In this document: one piece after another, positions 45,393 through 54,210 of the stretch
How positions within the stretch are numbered: the first letter of the stretch is position 1
Layout of the letters: the number at the start of each line of letters is the position of its first letter
NCBI GenBank assembly: GCA_041494685.1
Contig: JBGQBE010000015.1
Location: 1-58,469, forward strand
Source of the DNA: Dehalococcoidia bacterium
GTDB lineage: Bacteria; Chloroflexota; Dehalococcoidia; DSTF01; JACRBR01
Reading direction: 5' to 3'
DNA length: 58,469 nt
Position numbers and translations under genes: made by a program
The notes under the pieces: model-generated
Told to the model about the DNA's origin: nothing
The model's input: the letters and a program-made list of their open reading frames with translations, nothing else
The model's database searches: none

Positions 45393-46257
45393 AGCTGTGC
45401 AGCCCTCCGAAGAAGTAGTTGCCGAAGTACGTGAACACCACGGCGCCAAAGCCGGCAATCAGCAGATAGGCGCTGCGCTCACCCTTCCAGCCGCGGACCA
45501 CGCGGGCGTGCAGGTAGCCTCCGTAGATGAGCCACGTCACGAGCGATGCGGTCTCCTTGGGGTCCCAGCTCCAGTACGTGCCCCACGCCACCTTCGCCCA
45601 CACGGCGCCCAGGATGACCACCAGCGCCAGAAGCGGGAATGCGAACATCACGGCCTTGTAGCCCACCTCGTCGAGCATGGCCTGCCGCGGCAGCCAGCTG
45701 AACCGGTCCCGTCGGTTGAGCAGGAACAGCACCGCCGCGGCGAAGGACAGCGCGAACGCGCCATACGCGGCGATCGCGACCGCGACGTGAATAGAAAGCA
45801 ACAGGTTGTTCTGCAATGCCGGCACGAGCGGGTCGATCTCCGACGGTACGGTCGCGGCGTACGCGAGCATCGCCAGGCACACGGGCAGCACGAGAATCGC
45901 GAGCGAGCGCAGCCCGTAGCGAAACTCGAAGTACAGGTGGGCGGCCAGGGTGCCCCAGACGAACGAGAGCGAGAATTCGTACATATTGGCGAACGGCCCG
46001 TGGCCCGCGGCGATCCAGCGGAACGCCAGCGCGCCCGTGAGGAACGCGAACGCGTTGATGACGAGGATCGTGCCCCAGCGTCCGAGTGAGGCTGACATGC
46101 CGTTGACGACCGGCCCGCGCATCGATTCGGTGGTGTCGCTGTCGAAGCCGGCCACGACGGCGCGCCGCCGTGTCACGCCGTATGACGCGTAGAGGACGGC
46201 CGCCAGCGCCAGGGCGATGAACGACGCGACGTAGGAGTACTGAGAGAGGCTATACAT
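45385..46257 (-). CDS. ccsA: Cytochrome c synthase CcsA/ResC (System II)
   Basis: GHGPFANMYE, LVPALQN, IHV, WWD domain GAVWAKVAWGTYWSWDPKET, YLH, GLHSY. Confidence 0.93.
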   Translation of the reverse strand: MYSLSQYSYVASFIALALAAVLYASYGVTRRRAVVAGFDSDTTESMRGPVVNGMSASLGRWGTILVINAFAFLTGALAFRWIAAGHGPFANMYEFSLSFVWGTLAAHLYFEFRYGLRSLAILVLPVCLAMLAYAATVPSEIDPLVPALQNNLLLSIHVAVAIAAYGAFALSFAAAVLFLLNRRDRFSWLPRQAMLDEVGYKAVMFAFPLLALVVILGAVWAKVAWGTYWSWDPKETASLVTWLIYGGYLHARVVRGWKGERSAYLLIAGFGAVVFTYFGNYFFGGLHSYG

Positions 46258-47731
46258 GGTCGGCTCCCTTCTTCTCGTCTTGCTGGCGGCGGGTCAGGGC
46301 ACGTCGCACCTTCGCAGTCACCTGCTCAAAGTCCTTTTCCAGTCCCAGGTCGCGTTGCGACGCGGCGGCCAGGCGCACGTCCGCGCCGCCGTCCTCCCGC
46401 GGGCTGCAGAGGGCCCACAGCCGCCGGTGCGGGAACCAGAACACCATCACCAGGCCCAGTACCATCAGGCCGCTGGCGATCCAGACGACGTTTACCCCGG
46501 GGTCCTTCACAACCTTGAGTCCGGTGAACTGGCTCTCGCGCAGGAAGCGGAACGTCAGTCCTTGCGTCTGCACGTCCTGATTGCGCGGCAGGTTCTCGAT
46601 TGCGACGGTGCGGTTCGTGGTTTGGTCGTACAGTTCGAGACGCACCGTGCCCAGCGGCACGGCGGCGTCGTACGTGCCGGGCTCCGGCCCGACGACGTAA
46701 CCCTTGAACTGCTGCCCGGGGATCTCGATGAAACCCACCGGCCGGTTGCCCTGGTTCGATTTCCATGCCAGCGGTACGCCTTCGTTGAAGACGTCGTTGC
46801 CGGCGGCGTCCTTTACCTCGACCACCGCGACCTGTCCGAAGAACGCCTGGTTGAACGTGATGCCTTTGTACGACAGCGGCGAGTTGACGCGCGTGGTGCC
46901 CCGCTTCACCTCCTGGCCGTTGTCGTAGATGATGAGGTCGCTCGAGAAGTCCTTCGGCGGACCCTCGACGTACCACTCCTCCTGGAACTGCTCGAGCTTC
47001 ACGGAGACGTTCTTGGCGAGCGGTACCTGTTGCGTCGCGCCTTCCGCGACGATGAACTGGTCGTCCTTCCATCCCCATACGCGGCCCATGATGGCGCCGA
47101 TCAGCAGCAGCACGAGGCTGAGGTGCGTGAGGAACGTGCCCAGCCGCGAAAGGCGGAAGCGGTCGGCGTACATCGCCACAGACTCCCCGTCGTCCGTCAG
47201 CGAGCGGTATCCCGCGCTGCGCAGACCCTGCCGTACTGCCGCGGCAGCGGTAGCGGTCGGCAGGGTGACGTTGAACGTCGCGCCGAGGCGGGCGCGGTCG
47301 AAGTAAACCGCGTTCATGCGGACGCGCGGGCTGAACACCTGCGCCCGGATGCTGCCCCACCGGTTGATCGTGCACACGATGATGTTGGCCACGAGCAGCG
47401 CGATCAGCCCGCGGAACCAGATGGAGCTGAACACCCGGAAGAGTTGCAGCCGTGCCATCGTGTCGGTGAAGACGCCGTAGCGATTGCTCGCGCCGTCCAG
47501 CCACCTGTTGTAGGCGACGGGATCGCTCGCTACCGCGCCAGGGACCTGGTCCAGCAGGGTGCCGGTCAGCGTCGCGACCGCGATCAGCAGGATGAGGATG
47601 AGCGCCAGCCGGACGGACGTCAGCGTGTGCCAGAGCTGCCCCGTGGGGTTCGTCAGCCAGGGCGAGGCCGTGGCCACTCGTGTGCGTCTCTCGACTGCGG
47701 GCAACGCTTTCATCTCGCGGCTCCTAGCCAA
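46250..47731 (-). CDS. resB: Cytochrome c biogenesis protein ResB/CcsB
   Basis: LTSVRLALIL, FSSIWF, CTINR, THLSLVLLLIG, VNSPL, TGLKVVKDPG; start may be ATG 47713. Confidence 0.92.
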   Translation of the reverse strand: MARSREMKALPAVERRTRVATASPWLTNPTGQLWHTLTSVRLALILILLIAVATLTGTLLDQVPGAVASDPVAYNRWLDGASNRYGVFTDTMARLQLFRVFSSIWFRGLIALLVANIIVCTINRWGSIRAQVFSPRVRMNAVYFDRARLGATFNVTLPTATAAAAVRQGLRSAGYRSLTDDGESVAMYADRFRLSRLGTFLTHLSLVLLLIGAIMGRVWGWKDDQFIVAEGATQQVPLAKNVSVKLEQFQEEWYVEGPPKDFSSDLIIYDNGQEVKRGTTRVNSPLSYKGITFNQAFFGQVAVVEVKDAAGNDVFNEGVPLAWKSNQGNRPVGFIEIPGQQFKGYVVGPEPGTYDAAVPLGTVRLELYDQTTNRTVAIENLPRNQDVQTQGLTFRFLRESQFTGLKVVKDPGVNVVWIASGLMVLGLVMVFWFPHRRLWALCSPREDGGADVRLAAASQRDLGLEKDFEQVTAKVRRALTRRQQDEKKGADHV

Positions 47732-48446
47732 GCGGTCCTCCGCCCCAGTCGAAGTACTGCGGCATCTGTACCAGCGTGTTCGTCAGCATCAGCACGCCGA
47801 TACCGGCGACGAGCACCCCGCTCACAACCGGCACGCCGACGCGGAGCAGGCGCGCCCGCTTCAGCGGCTGTGTGATGGCGTCGACGGCCACGGCGGCAGC
47901 GATGAACGGCACGCCGAGTCCGAGGGAGTACGACACCAGTAGCAGCGTCCCGCGGGCGGATTCGCCATCGAACGTCGCGAGACCGATGATCGCTCCGAGC
48001 ACCGGGCCGATGCACGGCGTCCAGCCAGCCGCGAAGATGAGCCCCAGCGAGAACGAGCGGACGAAGCCGGAGCGCTGACCGAGCTTGCCGCTGAAAACGT
48101 GGTCCTGGTTCAGGAAGCCTAGGTTGATCACCCCGGCCAGGTGGAATCCCATGAAGACGAGCACCGCGCCACCGGCCTGGCGCAGGTAGTGCGCATTGTC
48201 GCGCAGCGCATATCCGACCAATCCGATCGAGGCCCAGAATGCGACGAAGACGAGGGTGAAGCCCAAGACGAAGACGGTGGCGTGCAGCGCGGGCCAGAGT
48301 CGCCCGTGCGCGATGGCGCGGCCTTCCACCGAGACGTCGGCCATGTGGGCGAGGTAGACGGGCACCAGCGGCAACACGCATGGCGAGACGAACGAGAGCA
48401 CTCCCGCCGCGAAAGCCACCAGGATCGTAACGTTCTGGCCATCCAC
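47724..48446 (-). CDS. ccdA: Cytochrome c biogenesis protein CcdA
   Basis: AGVLSFVSPCVLPLVPVY and GWTPCIGPVLG. Confidence 0.93.
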   Translation of the reverse strand: MDGQNVTILVAFAAGVLSFVSPCVLPLVPVYLAHMADVSVEGRAIAHGRLWPALHATVFVLGFTLVFVAFWASIGLVGYALRDNAHYLRQAGGAVLVFMGFHLAGVINLGFLNQDHVFSGKLGQRSGFVRSFSLGLIFAAGWTPCIGPVLGAIIGLATFDGESARGTLLLVSYSLGLGVPFIAAAVAVDAITQPLKRARLLRVGVPVVSGVLVAGIGVLMLTNTLVQMPQYFDWGGGPLG

Positions 48447-48462
48447 GTCTCATTCCCTCTCG

Positions 48463-49404
48463 TTACGGCGCCGGGACGACGGGCGTCAGCGTCGCTACGG
48501 ACGGAACCGCGGCAGGCGTCCCCGTGAGCTGCGCCTTCAGCCCGTCGACGTGCACCTTCGCTGTCTGCCCCAATTGTGACTGCGGGTCCAGTCGGACCAC
48601 GGTCTCCCACTCGTTCACGGCACCGGCGAGATCACGCGGCTCCGCGTTCGCGTATACGAACCCCATGTTGTAGTGCGCCTGGACGTCGTTCGCATCGATA
48701 GTCAGGACGCGCTGCCACCACTCCTTGGCCTTGTCAGGCCGGCCGAGGTTGAAGTTCGCTGTGCCGATGTCGGTCAGAGCGTTCTTGTTGTTCGGATCCA
48801 GATCGACGAGCTTGGTCAGCGATGAGATCGAGTCTTCGAAGCGTGCGGCCTCGAAGTACATTTCGCCCAGCTCATACAGCGCGTCTTTGTCCGATGGGTT
48901 CTGGTTGAGCGCTGCCTGGAGTTGGTCGACGCGGGCCTGGTCTATCACGGGCGTCCCCGTTGTGGCCGGGAGCGATGCGGCGCCACCCGCTCCGCCCGTC
49001 ATGGCGCGCACGCCGAAGATGGCGAACACCGCCAGGACGCCGATCGCGACGCCTATGCCGAGCCGGGCGGCCTGTTGCGGCACTCTCAGCACGAACATGC
49101 CGGGGTCGGAGGCTGCGGCGCCACTGCTCCGGGGCGCAGCCTGCCGGAGCGCCTTCGGATTGGCCGCGGCAAGAAGCGCGGGGGCGCTGACGGCCTCGCC
49201 TTCCTCGTCGCAGGCGTCCGACTCAAAGTCTTCGGCGGAGGCCATGTACGCGTCGATTAGTTCGGCGTGCCTGCGCGCCCATCCGCGGAAGTTCGCCGGA
49301 ATCCCGTCCGACCCGAGGAACGCGACGAGTTCGTTCGACCAGCGCTCGAGCTCGTCCGGGGACAGGCCATCCGGGACACCTGCGGGGCGTTGTTGCGCCA
49401 GCAT
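48463..49404 (-). CDS. Membrane-anchored TPR protein
   Basis: Central TM then TPRs (ALYELGEMYF, ALTDIGTANF, AHYNMGFVY). Confidence 0.8.
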   Translation of the reverse strand: MLAQQRPAGVPDGLSPDELERWSNELVAFLGSDGIPANFRGWARRHAELIDAYMASAEDFESDACDEEGEAVSAPALLAAANPKALRQAAPRSSGAAASDPGMFVLRVPQQAARLGIGVAIGVLAVFAIFGVRAMTGGAGGAASLPATTGTPVIDQARVDQLQAALNQNPSDKDALYELGEMYFEAARFEDSISSLTKLVDLDPNNKNALTDIGTANFNLGRPDKAKEWWQRVLTIDANDVQAHYNMGFVYANAEPRDLAGAVNEWETVVRLDPQSQLGQTAKVHVDGLKAQLTGTPAAVPSVATLTPVVPAP

Positions 49405-49973
49405 TACTCCTCCATTCCCGGCGGCAGCGGCGTGTTCGTGCCGGGGCCGACCTTCGAGTACTTTGCGTCGATGAACTTGCGTGTGGCCGCCAGCGACTGT
49501 CCCTGGGACTGCATCGTCTTGACGTCGAGGACGATGGACACGCAGACGTCGCAGCCGGAGCCGTGGTCGTCGTACGTGATGCCGCTCAGGGTCTGCTGCT
49601 TGACGAAGCAGTCGCGGGCGTTGCGGTGCCCGGAGTGGCCGCCGCAGCCGCAGTAGCAGGGAATGTACGCCAGTTCGGCGCCGTGACTGGCCGCGAACTC
49701 GTACGCCTCACGCACGCGCGGCGTCGCCGCGCTGATGAATTGAGGCAGAGATGGCGGACGGGACGCCGCAGGTGAGGCGGGAGCCGATGCCGCCGTCGGA
49801 CGCTCACCGCTGCCCCCTGGTGGGAAAAGCCCTCCGAACCAGAGGCCGGCGCCGATGATGGCGACCGCGCCCGCGAGCACCGGGAGGATGCCGCGGATAC
49901 GCGAACCGGACGGCGCCGTGTGCGCCGTGGTTCGGGACGGTTCCAGGCCATGTCGCCGGCTACGACTGTTCAT
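49404..49973 (-). CDS. PCYCGC-motif protein
   Basis: TM anchor; IPCYCGCG...GHRNARDCF...DDHGSGCDVC; TNTPLPP terminus. Confidence 0.85.
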   Translation of the reverse strand: MNSRSRRHGLEPSRTTAHTAPSGSRIRGILPVLAGAVAIIGAGLWFGGLFPPGGSGERPTAASAPASPAASRPPSLPQFISAATPRVREAYEFAASHGAELAYIPCYCGCGGHSGHRNARDCFVKQQTLSGITYDDHGSGCDVCVSIVLDVKTMQSQGQSLAATRKFIDAKYSKVGPGTNTPLPPGMEE

Positions 49974-50198
49974 GGTTGGGTCCCTTCTTCGCCTTCATGG
50001 TCGCTCCCGCAGAGCTGCGCCGCATGCATCGTCGCTCACATATCGAGGCATACCGCTGGGGGGACACTCACCCTGCCAGATGCAGTGCCCAGGCGTGCCA
50101 TCTGCCAGCCGAATTGGCCGTCAGGAGAGGCCGGCTGCCCCGTGCGGGAGAGGGGGAGGCTCCGTACGATGCGTGGGTAGTCAGGAGGCGGACGGGGG

Positions 50199-51299
50199 AT
50201 GGACGAGTCTGGAGACGACGGACGCTCGTTCGGAGGTTCGACGCGGCTGGAGCTGTCGCGCTTCGACCAGGTGTTGCTGGCCGAATTGCAGGATCGGCTC
50301 CCGGTGGCTGTCGCCCCGTTCCGCCGCGTGGCGGAGCGCCTCTGCGCCGACGAGCGCGACGTGGTTGCGCGCGTCGTGGCCCTCCACGACCTGGGCGTCC
50401 TGCGGCACATCAGCCCGATCTTCGACGCGGAGGCGCTCGGGTATTCGAGTTGCCTGGTCGCGATGTGTGTCCCCGAGGAGCGGCTCGCGGCGGCGGTGGA
50501 CGTCGTGAACGCGCACCCCGGCGTGAGCCACAACTATTTGCGTGCGCACGCCTTCAACCTGTGGTTCACCATCGCCGTTCCGCCCGCCTCGGACCTGCAG
50601 GCGCACGTCGAGGCGTTACGCGAGCGAGCGGGCGCCGAATCGGCGCGATCGCTGCCGGCGTTGCGCCGGTTCAAGATCGGGGTCTCGCTGGACATCACGG
50701 GCGAGCGGGGCATGGAGCACCGGTCGGCACCGCGGCACACCGGCGGACGGGACAAGGCGGCCGCCGGGCGAGAGCCGCTGACGCAGCGCGATATCGACGT
50801 GATCCGCGCGGTCCAGGGCGACCTGCCCTTGCGGGCCGATCCGTTCGCTGACGCCGCGCGGGCGCTCGGGATGACGGAGGCAGCTCTGGTCGAGCATCTA
50901 CTCGATCTGCGACGGCGCGGATGTCTGCGTCGGATCGCCGGCATCCTACGCCATCGCGACGCAGGGTTCGCGGCGAACGGAATGGCTGTCTGGGATGTCC
51001 CGGCGGCGCGCATCCGTGACGTGGGCGAGGCGATGGCCGGCTACACCGCGATCAGCCATTGCTACGAGCGGCCGCGCTACCACGACTGGCCGTACAATCT
51101 GTTCACGATGGTACACGCGCACAGCACGGCGGAGTGCGACGCGTTCGTCGAGGAGCTCGCGCGGGCGCACGCCCTACGGGAGCACGCGGTGCTCTACAGC
51201 ACGACGGAGTACAAGAAGATCCGTGCCGTCTACTTCACGCCCGATGTCGCCGAGTGGGAACGCACATTCGTCCGGGGGACGGCTACACAGACTGACTAG
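50199..51299 (+). CDS. Fused siroheme decarboxylase AhbA/AhbB (two Lrp/AsnC-like modules)
   Basis: HPGVSHNYLR..FNLWFT and SHCYERP..WPYNLFTMVH, LYSTTEYKK. Confidence 0.9.
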   Translation: MDESGDDGRSFGGSTRLELSRFDQVLLAELQDRLPVAVAPFRRVAERLCADERDVVARVVALHDLGVLRHISPIFDAEALGYSSCLVAMCVPEERLAAAVDVVNAHPGVSHNYLRAHAFNLWFTIAVPPASDLQAHVEALRERAGAESARSLPALRRFKIGVSLDITGERGMEHRSAPRHTGGRDKAAAGREPLTQRDIDVIRAVQGDLPLRADPFADAARALGMTEAALVEHLLDLRRRGCLRRIAGILRHRDAGFAANGMAVWDVPAARIRDVGEAMAGYTAISHCYERPRYHDWPYNLFTMVHAHSTAECDAFVEELARAHALREHAVLYSTTEYKKIRAVYFTPDVAEWERTFVRGTATQTD

Positions 51300-51428
51300 C
51301 AGAAATAAGGTGACGACGTTCACAGGCAGGTTTCGGACATAACGCCGAACCGCGGCACGCGGGCTGAACGCCCGCGCCACGGAGGTCGGCCATTCTTCAG
51401 CACTAGCTAGGGCGAGATCGGCGCGGCG

Positions 51429-52562
51429 CTACGATGCGGCCGGCGGCTGGTAGATGCAGCAGGGCTCCTCCGCCAGGTGGTTGCCCGACGTTGCCCAGGC
51501 GCGCGCCCGGGAGCCGCCGCAGACGTCCTTGAAGTCGCAGCGACCGCACTTGCCCTGCAACTGCGCGGGGTCGCGCAGCGACCGGAAGAGCGGCGCATCG
51601 CGGTAGATCGAGGCGAGCGACGCCGTGCGGACGTTGCCGGCGCAGATCTGCAGGAAGCCACTGGGGTAGACGTCGCCGACGTGGGAGATGAAGCAGAAGC
51701 CCTTGCCGTCGTTCACGCCCTTCTCGACCGGCGCTTTGCCCTGGCGGAACGCGTACCCGGCGCCGGTCAACTCGAACTCCTTCGGCTGCTCGCCTGACGC
51801 CGCCTTCGCGCGACGGCGCTGGATCAGCACGCGCCGGTAGTGCTGGGCGGCCGTGGTGCGAACGCGGAAGGGGACTCGCTCGGACAGGTCGGCCAACCAC
51901 TGCAGGACTTCCTCGTGCTCCTCCGGTGTCAGCATGGCGTCCAGCTGGGCGCGGCCGGTCGGGACCAGGAAGAACACGTTCCAGACGGTCGCATTAATCT
52001 GTTGCACGACCTCGGCGATAGCCGGCAGGTCGGCGATGTTGTGGCGGCTGACCGTGGTACCGATCTGCAGCGGCAGCCCGACGTCGCGCACATCAGCGAC
52101 GATCTCGCGCGTGCGCTGGTACGCGCCGCTGACGCGCCGGAAGGCGTCGTGCACGTCCGGCCCGGAGCCGTCGAGGCTGACGTGCACCATATCGACGCCT
52201 ACGTCGCGCACGCGCTCGATGGCGGCGCGCGTGACGAGCTTCGTCGCACTCGGCGAGAAGCCGACCTTGAGCCCGCGCTCCACGGCGCCACCCAGGATGT
52301 CGAACACGTCGCGGCGCATCATCGGGTCGCCGCCGGTGACCACGAGGATCGGCTTGCCCACGTCGACGATCTGGTCGAGCACGCCGAATGCCTCGGCGGT
52401 CGTCAACTCGTGGGCGTCGCGCTGGGGGATCGCCTCGGCGCGGCAATGGATGCATGAGAGCGCGCAGGCCCGGGTGATCTCCCAGGCCAGCGTGAACGGC
52501 GTGTGGTCAAAATCGACGTCAAGGTACGGCGGCCGTGCCGGTGCGGTCGATGCAGTCTCCAT
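51429..52562 (-). CDS. ahbD: Radical SAM/SPASM protein, AhbD-like heme synthase
   Basis: WEITRACALSCIHCRAEA, TGGDP, LVPTGR, GKCGRCDFKDVCGGSRARA; heme-pathway context. Confidence 0.75.
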   Translation of the reverse strand: METASTAPARPPYLDVDFDHTPFTLAWEITRACALSCIHCRAEAIPQRDAHELTTAEAFGVLDQIVDVGKPILVVTGGDPMMRRDVFDILGGAVERGLKVGFSPSATKLVTRAAIERVRDVGVDMVHVSLDGSGPDVHDAFRRVSGAYQRTREIVADVRDVGLPLQIGTTVSRHNIADLPAIAEVVQQINATVWNVFFLVPTGRAQLDAMLTPEEHEEVLQWLADLSERVPFRVRTTAAQHYRRVLIQRRRAKAASGEQPKEFELTGAGYAFRQGKAPVEKGVNDGKGFCFISHVGDVYPSGFLQICAGNVRTASLASIYRDAPLFRSLRDPAQLQGKCGRCDFKDVCGGSRARAWATSGNHLAEEPCCIYQPPAAS

Positions 52563-53761
52563 CACACCCCCAGTGCCTGCGGCGCGCGGATCTCGTCGTC
52601 CGTCAGGTAGCAGGCGGGATCGGACCCCCAGAGGTCGCCCGTGGCCGCTTCGGCGCGGACACGCAGGTTGCCGTTGCAGATATCGAAGAAGCCGCAGCTC
52701 GCGCAGCGCCCGTTGATCAGGTCGCGCCGCTGCCGCAGCCCGCTGAGCAGCGGATTCGACAGATCGCTCCAGATCGTGCTGAACGGCCGCTCGCGCACGT
52801 TGCCGAGCGACATGTGCCACGAGAACTGGTCGGGGTGCACTTCGCCGAGGTAGTCGATGCAGCCGACGCCGAGGCCGGAGCTGTTGCCGCCGTTCCAGCG
52901 GAGCAGCTTCAGCACTTCTTCGGCGCGCTCCGGCTGGTCGCGCTTGACGCGCATGTAGAGGTAGGCCGAGTCGGCGTGGTTGTCGACCGTCAGTACCTCT
53001 TTCTCGATACCGCGCCGGTGCCACTCCAGCACCTTGTCGCAGAGCAGGTCGAGAGCGACGCGCGTCTCGTCCGAATCGAGCGCGTCGGCGGCGATCTTCT
53101 TGCCGCGGCCGCTGTACGCCAGGTGGTACATGCAGAAGCGCGGCACATCTTCTTCCTCAAGCAGGTTCAGGATCTCGGGGAGATGATGCTGGTTGCGGCG
53201 GGTGATCGTGAAGCGCACGCCGACCCGGACGCCCGCTTCCCGGCAGGCGCGGATGCCGGCCAGCGCCGCGTCGAAGGCGCCGGGCTTGCCGCGGAACTTG
53301 TCGTGGATGTCCGCCCGCCCGTCCAGGCTGATGCCGGCGTACGAGAAGCCCTGCGACTGTATCTCCCGTGCGACCTCCGGCGTGATCAGCGTGCCATTGG
53401 TCGAAAGGACGGCCCGCATCCCCCGGTCGCGCGCATGTCGTGACAGCGTGAACAGGTCCGCCCGCCGCAGAGGTTCGCCGCCAGAGAACAGGACAACGGG
53501 CACGCCGAAGTCGGCCAGGTCATCGATGACCCGCAGCCCCTCCTCGGTCGTCAATTCGCCTTCGTACGCGCGGTCCGTGGCGGCGGCGTAGCAGTGCACG
53601 CAGTGGAGGTTGCAGCTGCGCGTCACGTTCCAGACGACCACGGGCCGCTTGTCCTCGGAGAAATGGAGAAGGTGAGATGGCAGATGAGCAGATTTGCGCT
53701 CGTATCGCAGGGCATCGCCGGAGGTTACGGTTCCACAAAGCAGGCGTGAAAGACTAAGCAC
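52562..53761 (-). CDS. ahbC: Radical SAM/SPASM Fe-coproporphyrin synthase AhbC
   Basis: DALRY, KRPVVVWNVTRSCNLHCVHCY, YHLAYSGRG, TVDNHAD, WNGGNSSG, HPDQF, DPACYLTDDEI. Confidence 0.88.
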   Translation of the reverse strand: MLSLSRLLCGTVTSGDALRYERKSAHLPSHLLHFSEDKRPVVVWNVTRSCNLHCVHCYAAATDRAYEGELTTEEGLRVIDDLADFGVPVVLFSGGEPLRRADLFTLSRHARDRGMRAVLSTNGTLITPEVAREIQSQGFSYAGISLDGRADIHDKFRGKPGAFDAALAGIRACREAGVRVGVRFTITRRNQHHLPEILNLLEEEDVPRFCMYHLAYSGRGKKIAADALDSDETRVALDLLCDKVLEWHRRGIEKEVLTVDNHADSAYLYMRVKRDQPERAEEVLKLLRWNGGNSSGLGVGCIDYLGEVHPDQFSWHMSLGNVRERPFSTIWSDLSNPLLSGLRQRRDLINGRCASCGFFDICNGNLRVRAEAATGDLWGSDPACYLTDDEIRAPQALGV

Positions 53762-54210
53762 TGATGCACCTCCCGCTGGTTCCGCCCCGCCGCGAACGTT
53801 CTCGCGCGCGAGATAGGAGCTTGTCCAAGCCGTTGACTAACTGTCGCATCGTGAACAGGCCCCGCCAAGGTGCCGATCGTCCCGCAGGGGCCCGAATCTG
53901 GCCGATAGATGCGTAGCTTTGCGTATAGCCGGGGGCATAGAGCTGACCATATCTCATCTGCATCGGCAGCGTGGCTTACGGGACTGATCGATGTCTCGGG
54001 CGTCTACCGATGAGTTGATGTGAGGGGGTCGTGTCTGCCGCTACGATCTCCACAACCGGCGAGGAGTTCGCCCATCATGGAAGACAGCCACGCGCTACTC
54101 CTGAGAGATTCGGCGGCGATGCGGCGCCTCCCGCGGGGCTGCCACGCGCGATCGCGGGTGTGCAGATGACAACGCAGAGAGTCCCCCCGGCCGGCGGCAC
54201 GCACAGACCG

